A stretch of DNA of 51,831 bases, filler included, from Sphacelaria rigidula (lineage: Eukaryota), in assembly GCA_964200075.2 (NCBI GenBank). It is 4 parts of 4 records of this genome, joined end to end, with 100 filler letters (N's around TTAATTAATTAA, not from the genome) between each part and the next. Parts side by side here need not be neighbours in the genome. Positions count along the whole stretch, not along the records: positions 25,968 to 38,850 come from CAXNAA020003338.1; positions 38,951 to 51,831 come from CAXNAA020003339.1; 2 more parts are not named here. One strand, written 5' to 3'. Positions 37,415 through 47,755 of this stretch are shown piece after piece (within the stretch, counting starts at the first letter, position 1; every line of letters starts with the position of its first letter). A model generated the notes under the pieces. That model worked only from the letters and a program-made list of their open reading frames with translations. It did not search any database and was not told the origin of the DNA. Both the position numbers and the translations under genes were made by a program.

Positions 37415-38760
37415 GTTGGTGCGGGAAAGCACCAATATATATTTGTCGAGAAATATTTTGGCTGCCACCCAAGGTCAATACATATATATATATATATATT
37501 GATGATTTAATATAGTCAACACCCGAGGCGTCAATATATATTGCCGCCCCCAATATGTCGTGCGTCAATGCGTCCAATATATATTGGGCGGACGATAGAC
37601 GAGGGAACCGACGGTCACAATACATATTGGTGTAGCAATTACTTTTATTTCTAACATGTAGATTGGAAAGTGTATTGGAATTAGTATGGTGGGCAACTCT
37701 ATGTTCGCGGGCGCCATTGAAACATGTGTCACCACATACCGAAAACGCTCAATATACTCGTCCGCAAGCGTGTTCAAAATATTTTGGCTGCACAATAGCT
37801 ATGCGATGAGCGTGCGCAATATATATTGGAAAAACAATACTTTTGCATGGTTTGCGTTCAATATATATAATGGTGACAATATGCTACGCATCGCTTCGAC
37901 TCAACATATCTTGACACTTCAATACATACACGGCCGGCATGCACAATATACATTGAATGTTTTATTCCCGGAGCGAATGCATGTCCAATATATATATTGT
38001 CATACGTTACTTCATGATCATGACAGGAGCAATATATGTTGTTGCTTCAATGTCTCCAAGGACATCTCAACACAATATATATCGAAAGGACAATATTTGA
38101 GCTGACTCCAATACAAAGTATTGGTATCATATTGGAACATATTGTATTCTCCAGGGTATAAGCAACACAGCCCCGGTGACCACAGTACCGAAAGGTGCAT
38201 ATCGACCCGCGTTTTCAGTCATCGTGATGTTCAGCCAAGATATATTAATTACATGTTGTGAAGGGGATGGGCGGTCTCGCACCGGTGGCCATATAGGTAT
38301 CAGAAGGCGTATATACCGGGTCGCCTCTTCTGTCACCATACTTTCTGACCAGTATATATATATATATATACGTCAACGCATTCAACAACTCTCCGTAGTA
38401 ATGTACGCGGACTTCTGCGGCTCAATTTAAAGCTCTCGCCAATCTGGACGGGCTCCGGCATCCATCGCGCCTGAGCCTTTCTTAATGCGTACACCATAAT
38501 CAAAATATCCAATATATATTGACCGGCCAATATATTATATTAGCACCCACACAGACCCAATATATCTTGACCGGTCAATATGCTGTCGCCCACGCTGCCC
38601 CAATATATATTGATGGGACGATATCTGTTCAACCCCACAGTACCAATGTATATTGGGCGCGCAATACACTTGCAGTCCCATGACATCAATATATATTACG
38701 CAGGCAATACATCGCAAAATTCCAATATGATGGACTAATATAAACATTGGAAACATATTG
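37089..38760. repeat. Array of CAATATATATTG-N6-CAATA motifs at 42-43 bp period with divergent spacers
   Basis: Motif starts include 37089, 37131, 37173, 37215, 37260; 37532, 37575, 37618; 37817, 37859, 37902, 37944, 37986, 38030, 38073; and 38558, 38601, 38644, 38687. Confidence 0.85.
37345..37413. repeat. (TAA)n microsatellite
   Basis: Read directly. Another (ATA)n run lies at 38951-39011, beside the gap. Confidence 0.95.
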
Positions 38761-38850
38761 CATTGTTTAGGGTGTGAAATACTTCGATATCTTACAAGGA
38801 GTTGCACAAGGATGTACGCTATCATCCACTTTGTTCAAGGTATTTATCAT

Positions 38851-38950
38851 NNNNNNNNNNNNNNNNNNNNNNNNNNNNNNNNNNNNNNNNNNNNTTAATT
38901 AATTAANNNNNNNNNNNNNNNNNNNNNNNNNNNNNNNNNNNNNNNNNNNN
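38851..38950. other. Assembly gap with TTAATTAATTAA linker
   Basis: N44-TTAATTAATTAA-N44. Confidence 0.95.
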
Positions 38951-39012
<62 letters not shown>

Positions 39013-40379
39013 TAGCAATCCGACATATGATGACCTCCATACCATTACCCGACAGTGCTGTAAGGAACACAAAATTTTACAAATTGCGATTTTTTTTTTT
39101 GGATACGCCTTGAGTACCTTCATAAGCGTCAAAATATGCTCGAAGTGAGGTGCAAGTGCACTCACTCACCGGCCGTGATGTGTGCCCTCGCTCATCCTCA
39201 TGAACATCCATCCACAATTTTGTTCCAAACAATTTCGAACTCCGTTCATTTTCGTACAAAAAAGTCGTTCCCAGTTTTCAGAACCCTCTGTCAACACGGG
39301 ATTTCACGAATTCCGTATGTTGTTTTTGTGAGGATGAGCGAGGCCACACACCATGGCCGGACAGGACATTTGCATTTAAAAAAAATATTATTTTGATGCT
39401 GATGAAGGTTCCCACGGCTGATCCTTGCAAAGTATCCGTCCGGAATTTGTGAAATCCCGTGTTGAATGCATTATTTGGCCGTCAAGTGTGGCCTTACTCA
39501 TCCATAGAAAATATCCACCAGCAGTTTATAAAATCACGCGGTAACCCTTTGGAAACCCACTGATGATTTTTGTTTTTTGTAAATCGGCATCATTTTGACT
39601 TCGAAATGACTGAAAATTATGCCGAATCGTCAATTGGTTCCCAAAGAGTAAAGTTCTCTAAGAAATCTCGTACCGTACGGAATATACCGGTACTCCACGG
39701 CACATGGCCTTGTAAATTATTTTATTGTAGTGTCTGAAGCCGCCGGGACCTTTTTTTTTTATCGTTAATTTTGGGCAAGAAGATGCTCGGCGCCCCAGCT
39801 GGAGGAAGAGTCACTGCCAGCAAAACTTTGACACGTCCGTGACACGAGACGACCTTGCGCTCAGTTCTCTCATGAAGGTACAATCGCTTTTGTGGGGCTG
39901 AAGTATTGCGCGTCGCAGAACTTCAGTGATGAAACGTGAGGAGTCCCAAAAAATTGTCGAAATTCGATGTATCGACGTTTGTTTACACTAACTATGCTAC
40001 TGTACTGGAGGCTCCAAGAATTCAACACGAAATCTTTCCATAAACGAAGGTCAAACCGAAACGTGGCCTCAAATCGCAGAACATCGTCTATGGGTAAGAC
40101 GACGAAGAAGGAGATGAAGAAGTGAAATACCATGAAAAGTAATTGTCCTTTTTTTTAGTTTGGTTTTGGACAGCGTGCGCCGTGAATAAACCGATCGATT
40201 GATTGTCGCGCTTTCACGGATCTCCGGTGGATTCAGCCGTGGTCGTTAGACACAAAGTGGACGTGCCGTACCCAAGGTAGACGAAACAAATATGGGCCAG
40301 ACTTTAATCTCGTGATTCACCTTGTATCGCACACCCTTGTCCCGCCCGCCTTCTAGGAATTCATGTTTTTTTCTCTTTT

Positions 40380-41917
40380 GGGGATATTCGAGTTCTGCTT
40401 CTTTTTGCCTCCCTCGTGCTTGACCCTTTTCCTGTGAATGGGAGGGGGGGAGTGTACTCATTTGTTGCTTGCCTTAGTCGTTTGACCATTGACCTCGCAT
40501 CCCTTTCGAGCACCGTTCCTACTCCTAATAGAGACATCTCCAGTATTTCGGTCCTCATCACGTTTCTTCCATACATTACACAAAACCTTTTACGTATCTT
40601 ATCCCCGTCCTGTTTCGCTATCTCTGGCTGCCATCTATCTCCGAGTGTAGTATCGTTTTCTCCCTAGCGTCTAGGGCATCAAACGAATTCATGCCACCTT
40701 CGTTCACGTCCCGCATTTCCGCCTCTGGCACTTCCCATTCCTCCCTGTATAGTTCACATTCCGCCACTATAGTACATGAGTTCTGCTCTCTATTGCTTCA
40801 CCACAGTGACATTTCTGTGCATCTACTTCCTCCTCCACTCGACCACTGATATATCTCTTTCTTCTTTCCGGCAGGTCCAGGTCTCCCACCCAAATTCGTG
40901 ATTTCAGATTTTTCACAACGTCCATTGGGCCATGCAGATTCGTTTACATCCCCGTCCCCTCTCTGGACCCCCCTTATTTCCATCATGTCCCTTGCTTCTG
41001 TCTTGTACCCCGCACCTTCACCTATGGAAAGTATTTCGTCTTGGTTTCCTCTCATCTCTTTCCATTCTTTCTCGATTTCCCTATCCCACCTTATTCCGGC
41101 CTGCCATTCTGTCGTTTTCTTCCATACAGCCCTATCAACTATGCCTGGCAATCTCTGTTTCTGTATGTTCTTCACGCTATACTGCCAACTCAAGTTTCCC
41201 ATGCCTCTATTTTAAGTGGCCATCTGTACTGTTTCCAACTTCTCACCGACTTCACATTCCCCTCCCATACCTCTCCTGCATATTCCAGTTTTGGTACGAT
41301 CACGTTCATCAGGATACATATTTTAATCCTAGTATTTCGGTACGGGTCTCTGAAGATTACGTCCATCCTGCCTATCTGTGCCCAACCCTTGCTATTAATT
41401 TATTCGTGTTTGCTTCCCAAGAACAGTCATTGAGGTCTCTACGCCAAGGTATGTACACTGGTCTACGATCGGCAATGCCTCTTCTCCCCACTTCCCTTTA
41501 AACTCCACCGGATGTTACATACGAGTACGGCGCATTTGTTAACGTTCGCTGTCACTCTCCATTTCCTAGCATATTTTAGCGCCTTATCTATTTAGTCTCT
41601 GCAACCCTTCTGGTGTTCCTGGGATCCCCACAAAATATTTCGCGAACATCAACCATGATACCATATCACCACCCACCTTGACTTCTTGCTTTGCTGCTTC
41701 TTCTATTATCAAGTCATCAACAAATACCTTGAACAAAATGGGTGATGACGTACATCCTTGTACAACTACGATTCCTTGTAAATTATAAAAATATATCGAT
41801 ACTTTCCCGGCTAGCATCATCGCACTTTGGTCACATTCTGTCTTCTTCATTATTCTCCATAAGTTTTTCCCCACAGCCCATTTCTCCACACTGTAATATT
41901 CATTTTGTACGTCCAGA
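40380..41917 (-). pseudogene. 5'-truncated degenerate LINE (RT core and C-terminal region), same family type as 34729-35115
   Basis: It reads FFLDVQ..., VQGCTSSPILFKVFVDDLI, and LMFAKYFVG (a decayed FADD), followed by GTPEGLQ and a frameshifted C-terminal region. Confidence 0.85.
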
Positions 41918-42103
41918 AAAAAAGGGGGAAGGGGGGGCGAGATTCGTATTGACAAACAAGCATACTCGGTTTTTATTTGATGAACGCAATTGAAGGCAAT
42001 TACTTGTGAAGGCAGTTAATCAACTCGCCATGATGCACTTCTTACACCGTCTCCCCCACCCGCCCCCACCAACTCCCGTCTTCCCGTTCGCGCATACGCG
42101 AAG

Positions 42104-43658
42104 GTGTCGAGGTGCGACGGGCAATGCCCTCGTGGAGCAGAACATAGACGCTATGTTGGCGGAGCTAAGGGGAAGCCCATTTTCAGCCACAATGGCGGCG
42201 GCAACCGCCGCCGCCCCGCTTCCCGCCTTCGCAGACCCACCCGTGGCCGCCGCCGCCACCGCCACTGCGGTGGCGTCCGTAGAACCACCGACGCATGAGG
42301 ACAAGCACAAGAAGGAACACAGCGTGGGTAACGCCTCAGGTGAGAACGGTTTGAAACGGCGACCGCTGCAAGACGATGCGGACGTCCACGCGAAGCGCAG
42401 ACGGCGAGTTTTGGACGACTGTAGTCGGAGCACGGATGGTGCTCGGGAAGGTGCCGAGGACGGGAGCACGGCTGCGGCGGTATCTCCACCGCCGACGACA
42501 CCTAGCCCTCGGCAAGATCGAGGTGCAGGGGAGAGCCGACGCCGCGGGAGGGACGAATTATGGGTGGAAGAGAAGACAGGTAGGCCGACGGCGAGCGGGT
42601 GGCTAAGTCCGAAGCCTGGCGGGCCCTCTTCCCCGAAGGCAACGCGGAGCGTCTCGACGACAGGTTCGCCTTCGAAGGTGGAATCGGACCCTGCTGCAGT
42701 GGCTGCGACAGCGGATGCCGTTACGCCCGAAACAGTGCCGCATACCCCACCCGCACCCGCACCGTCGCCATCACCCATAGGACATGTCGAGTTGGGCGCA
42801 GAAGAGGCCGGTCCTAGCGAACTGCCGGTTGGAAAGGTGGCGGGCGGGGCGGGTCGTTCTGCCGGCGGAGTCAGGCGTCGCGTTGCTGCGGGATGGGGTC
42901 ATGTGGAGGTGCCGCTCAAAAGCTCGTCGGTTTCGGAAAAGGAAGCACTACTCGGGGGCGTGACAGAAGAGAAGATAAGCGGCGATCTTGAGCAGCGGTC
43001 GCCGCAGGAGAAGACCGATAGCGCGGAGGCGCACGGGCGGAAAGAGCCCTGCACCGATTCGGAAGCTTATTCTGGTAGTGACGAAGGTGCCACCGCCAGC
43101 CCGCCGCTATCGCGGCAGAGGCGACGGCGACGAAAGGAGAGTAACGACAGCCTCAGTAACACCAACGGCCGTGTTTTCCCGGCTCGCCCCCCTGCCCAAT
43201 TATCCAGCGGCGATGATTCTTCGTCATCAGTGGCAGGTTCGTCCATCACCACCATTCCCACTCCACCGAAAGTTCCGTCGGACATGGAGATTAGCGAGGA
43301 TGACGGCCCCGACAATGACGACGACAACGATGTTACCGATCTCAACAATACGGAGGAACAGAAGAAGGACCAGGGAGCCTTGCAGCAAGCGCATGACGGA
43401 GGCGTTCGGTCGTGGGATGATGCTGGGCTGCTGCAGGATGATCCACCCCGCCCCGCCCAAGGATCTGCTCACGCCACGGTCGACTGCTCGCCCGACGACC
43501 GGCCTCCTTCTCACCAGCGGCAATCTCCGGAGAACTGTGAGAATCGCGCTTCCGATCGTTCTGAGCATGGTCCTTCTCGGGAGAGCGATCAAGGCGAAGA
43601 CGCAGCTGAAGGAGGCAGGGATGAGAACAGCGACGATTCAGTGTTTGACATCTGCCAG
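42104..43658 (+). CDS. Large exon encoding a disordered Ala/Pro/Ser/acidic region of a putative RRM-domain RNA-binding protein
   Basis: A GC-rich, stop-free frame of more than 500 codons. A pyrimidine tract and AG precede 42104, and the donor CAG|GTCAGA follows 43658 (phase 0). The true 5' end is uncertain. Confidence 0.75.
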
Positions 43659-44128
43659 GTCAGACCACGGCGGGTCAGATATTGCCTTTCGTTTAACCCA
43701 TGTCGGTTGTTGATGAATGAAATATCCATCTTATGATAATTTTTGGGGATTGGTGCCTGAAGAGATGCAGTAGGGAGTAAGCTGATGGTGTGTTAGCTGG
43801 TTGTGGACTATCTACAATCTCCTGTGGAATGTGTGTGCCGTGTGGAAGTGCTAGCAGCACTTCAAAGGATTGACTTTACCAAGGCTGGATCGGAGGACAA
43901 CTGTTCCTCTTGTGTATATGCGGCGCGATATATCTTTTCGCATTTTTCATTAATCTCGGAAATCCGTTGACTTCGTGAAAGCGAGGTCCCGCCCCCCCTC
44001 CTCCTAATTTCTTTTATTCACGTACTCCCATGTTGTGGCCGCTCCTGGGTGTGTGGGCAGATCATCGAGTAGATCAATCAATCAGCCAGCCAATCACTTG
44101 ACGATCATCGGATGTGTGTGTGTTGCAG

Positions 44129-44217
44129 GTGCCAATATCCTCGGCGGCGACACCGATATTATACGTGACCAATTTGCCTCCCAACACGACCAAGTACGAC
44201 GTTTCCATCCTATTCCG
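44129..44217 (+). CDS. Exon encoding RRM RNP2 region
   Basis: TTGCAG| acceptor and |GTGAG donor. The in-phase translation is VPISSAATPILYVTNLPPNTTKYDVSILF(R). Confidence 0.75.
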
Positions 44218-45071
44218 GTGAGAGCCAGGAAGCAGATAAAACAGCATGCCCTCAAGGGTGTATGTCGCCCTTTCGTATCATTCTGCAGATTTGACTTTCG
44301 TCGTGCTTTTCGAAAATGAGGATGACTGCGCTGCAGTGTTTGGCGTGTGTCAGGAATCACCTTGCCTGGTGGTCGTAACGAAGTCGTGGCAGGGACGATC
44401 GGGGTGCTTCGCGAGGCTGGTGCTAGATGTTTTTGTTTTTTTCCCCTCACACTTTGAACCCCTCCCCTTTCTCGGGATGACTCCGTGGTCTCAAGGAATC
44501 AACCCATCTCTCCCCCAGTGCTAGATGTTGGCCTTTTATATTCTCCTCTCAAAATCTCGTTAAGGGATACTGTCCTTTATTTGTTCGCCTTGGGTATTGT
44601 TCAGGTAGATTTTGTGACTGACCACGCCCGGATACGTTTTGGAGCAGTTAATGTGCGATATTCAATCAACAGAGTTATCACACCCTGGAGAACATATGGT
44701 CAAAATTTGCAATAGAAAACATTGTATTGCGTAAAGAACATTGGTCATTATTGCGTTTCGGGCGTAACACACTGCGGAGAGATGGACGTTCTTCCCCACA
44801 CAAGATAAGAAGTTATATTCTAGTTCGTTTTACCACCCCCGTACTCACCTACCTGGTACCCTCATTCTATGATCGGACATGAACGCACACGTTTACCTCT
44901 GGCACGAAACACTGGCTCCCGCGGGCGCTGTGTCGGGTACTGGAGTTGTTTGGCTGAGGTTCGTGGATGTGCTGAAGTAGTGTGGAGCACACACACACAC
45001 AGGTTGACAGTTTTACTGTAGAGAGTATCGAGCCTCTTCCTCGGGGCCAGTTTTTTTCTACAATCGTAATG

Positions 45072-45245
45072 TTCAGACCCGCGGTCGGATAGCTAGTGGG
45101 CCGTTGGTCGTGAGGAATGATCCCCCTATTTTTCAGGCCCGCGATCGGAAAGCTATTGGGCTGTTGCCCGTGAGAAATAACCCCCTATTTTTCAGACCTG
45201 CGGTCGGCCAGCTAGCAAGCCGTTGGTCGTGAAGTATGACCTCCC
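45072..45245. repeat. Intronic minisatellite, 3 units of about 59-60 bp
   Basis: The unit is TCAG.CC.GCG.TCGG..AGCTA...GC.GTTG..CGTGA...CCCC. Confidence 0.8.
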
Positions 45246-45912
45246 GTGGATATCGTTTAGGGAATCAGAATGACGCAACCCAAGACACGCCTGTCTCAAG
45301 GTCCCCACGCCTTCGTGAGGCCTGGTCGCGAAAGTGCAGGATTCCTCGTTTTTTGCATCAGTGACGAGAATGCTGGAGTGACTTCTCCCTAATATTGGTA
45401 TGATTTTGTCATCGCTCAGAGGTCGTATTTCCATTCCTTTCCCCCACCAAGCTCCCATCTCCGTAGCGTTAAAATGTCACACGGTCGCAGATGTTGGCCC
45501 CTATAGCGTGCAAGTATCTTCATCGGTTGAGAAGGCACATCATTCTGGACCCTCTGAATCGCCGCAGTCGGTTCACTGGGGATTGGAACCGATGAACTAC
45601 AGTAGCCGACAAGCAGCTTCGCATGAGGAAGCTAAAGATTGACAAAATGAAGTAGATACTCGCGCAAAAGTATTCATTTTTTTCTTCTACAGGTCGGGTT
45701 TTTCGTTCCGTAGCGTACTCGTAGTGTACTCAATGACAATATTTGCTCGAGAACGTTGTTCGAAATCCCATGCTTTGGGCTTCCTTTGCTGTACTCGTGC
45801 ATCATCAAGCAACAGTCATGCACTCTTTTTGCCAAGGTAGCAAACAATGAGAGATTTCCTGCTTCTCGTCCCGCCCTCCCCTCTTCCTTTTCGCTCTACG
45901 TTCGGGGTGCAG

Positions 45913-46102
45913 ACCGGACCGGACTAGCGAGGACGTGATTCTCGAGAAGGTGTCCGCCGGGGACGATGGCAAGCTGAGGGTTTGTGGGGTAGATGAGGCG
46001 GCTTTGAGCGTCGTTGCTATGGTGGCATACGGCTCATTGCGCGTGGCGAAGCAGGCCAAGGATGCCCTCGACACGACTGAGCCTCCGTGGATGTCTACTC
46101 GG
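45913..46102 (+). CDS. Exon encoding RRM RNP1-like strand and helix 2
   Basis: GTGCAG| acceptor and |GTGAGC donor. The phase-2 join gives RPDRTSEDVILEKV...SVVAMVAYGSLRVAKQAKDALDTTEPPWMSTR. Confidence 0.7.
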
Positions 46103-46224
46103 GTGAGCTCGTTTCCCCCTACATTGGTTTGATGGGTAGACTGATCGTCGCGTATCAAGTGATCACCAAGGTACTCATGATACAGCTGCGGTCATTATCC
46201 ACAAAATATGTGCACCCAAGATAA

Positions 46225-46520
46225 GTGTGTGTTGTGATTCCATATTTTCTGAACGCCGGTTTACGCCTTTGGGTGTGTGTGGGCGCATCAGCCGGGTTCA
46301 CGCGGAGGGAGGTCAACAGAAAAGGTACTCACGAGTACTCTTTATTTTTTTCTAGTACTCCACCTTTCTTGTGTAGGGCTCTCCTTTTCTTTTCATCGCA
46401 AGAAGGGTTCAGCGGTCCCTGTCCCTCATCGACCGTGAGGTCGAGCTTTGTGTACCCTTGAAATGATCGCTCTCCATTGTTGGGCATGGTGTGAGATGAA
46501 ATCCCGGCTCGTGTGACTTT
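46225..46520 (-). mobile_element. SINE family 1, 5'-truncated intronic copy
   Basis: GCATCAGCCGGG...GAGGTCAACA...GGGTTCAGC...TGTGTACCC...TCGCTCTCCA matches 12060-12290. Confidence 0.75.
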
Positions 46521-46949
46521 ACCGAGATTGTGCGCTTGTATTGCTGATTTCAGCACATGCGAATATCTCGAGTATTTCAAGTACATTGAGTGAAAGGGGA
46601 AGGGCTTGTTTGCCGCCAGCGCGAAAAAATCACCCCCTTTATCCATGCTACGATGAACAAAAGTTCCAACTGTAGCGTCATTACTCGTCCATGTACTTGA
46701 ATATGTATGTATGTATTGTTATGGTGAACAGAGATCGAGAAGCAAACGGAACGTGGCTACCATGAGCATGAGGGTGCAGTTCTGCGTGGGCCTTAATCGG
46801 GGATGCGTCTGGATTGGACTCCGCAGCTCTCGCAAGGTGATTTCAACTTTTTTTCTTCTTGCTCATGCTATCGCATGATTTTCTTGTCCCGGTAGGAACA
46901 AGTCTGCGCTAGCTGATGTGTGCCTCGTCAATTTTCGTCATGATCCGAC

Positions 46950-47300
46950 GTTGTTGTTGTTGTTGTTGTTGTTGTTGGAGACCGTTTACATGCTTGATCC
47001 TCTCGGTATCGGTAAATAGTGTGAGGGGTACTTGTGAACCCGGATCCCCAAATCCGTGGTCGAACAAACTTTGTTGTCGAAACCTGAGGCAAACCCCAAT
47101 CCCATCCAAAGGCAGAGAACTCTCGGGCAAGGGGAGTGCATACGGTGCCCTGGGCGAAGTGGGTATTAAAAGAACTCTGATTATCGTATTTGCCGATTTG
47201 AGCCGAGCGCGTGCTTGGCATGCTAGGAGAGTCCTACACTCAGAACAAGTATTTTTAAAGAGAAGGAATACTCTGTGAAACATTCCGACGTTTCCGGAAG
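46950..47300 (-). mobile_element. Possible non-LTR retroelement 3' end with (CAA)n tail
   Basis: (TTG)n at 46950-46977 abuts a short minus-strand open stretch. No diagnostic domain was seen. Confidence 0.3.
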
Positions 47301-47594
47301 CATTACATTTTTACTGAGGGAGATGAGAAAAAATGTGCGTGTTGAAAGCCCCTCCCCCCGACAGCGCTGCTGTGTTGAAACAGTGGCCATGATGTGACAT
47401 TTCGATTTTCTCCCCCCTGCCGAGTGCTCCAACTTTCACAGCGCATGTTTTTGGTGCGCTGTTTGGCCAAATACCGTAGAGTTTGAACCTCGAATCATGT
47501 CGAGCCTTCTCCCCAACAAGCCCTTGTTTCCCGTTCTCACCGCCTCGTTTGCTGTACACTGCGCGATCTTTGGACACACCCACACGTGATGCAG

Positions 47595-47755
47595 GCCGCG
47601 CAGAGGGTCGGCATAGACAAGCTGGCGGAATACGCGGCGCGTTGGTGGCATCCAGATTGTGTCATCCGACCGAAGTATGCCGCGGGGGGCAGTATCAAAA
47701 ACGACGGTGCGCTAGAGCATGTCCATGTTACGTTCCCGTGTCAAGCGGAGGCGAG
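47595..47755 (+). CDS. Exon, possible second divergent RRM-like segment
   Basis: ATGCAG| acceptor and GAG|GTGAG donor. The phase-0 open frame is AAQRVGIDKLAEYAARWWHPDCVIRPKYAAGGSIKNDGALEHVHVTFPCQAEA. Confidence 0.6.

Noticed and set aside
37089..38760. Calling the motif array a true CRISPR
   Set aside because: The repeat is only 12 bp plus a half-site and is degenerate, spacers are about 18 bp, no cas genes or leader are visible, and the context is eukaryotic.
12885..38950. Three identical TTAATTAATTAA palindromes
   Set aside because: Each is centred in exactly 44+44 Ns, so these are artificial scaffolding linkers. Adjacency across them is unproven.
42020..43713. Overlapping antisense and alternative-frame ORFs (42020-42778 minus, 42988-43713 plus)
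   Set aside because: They are shadows of the GC-rich coding exon. Only the 42006 frame joins the downstream exons in phase.
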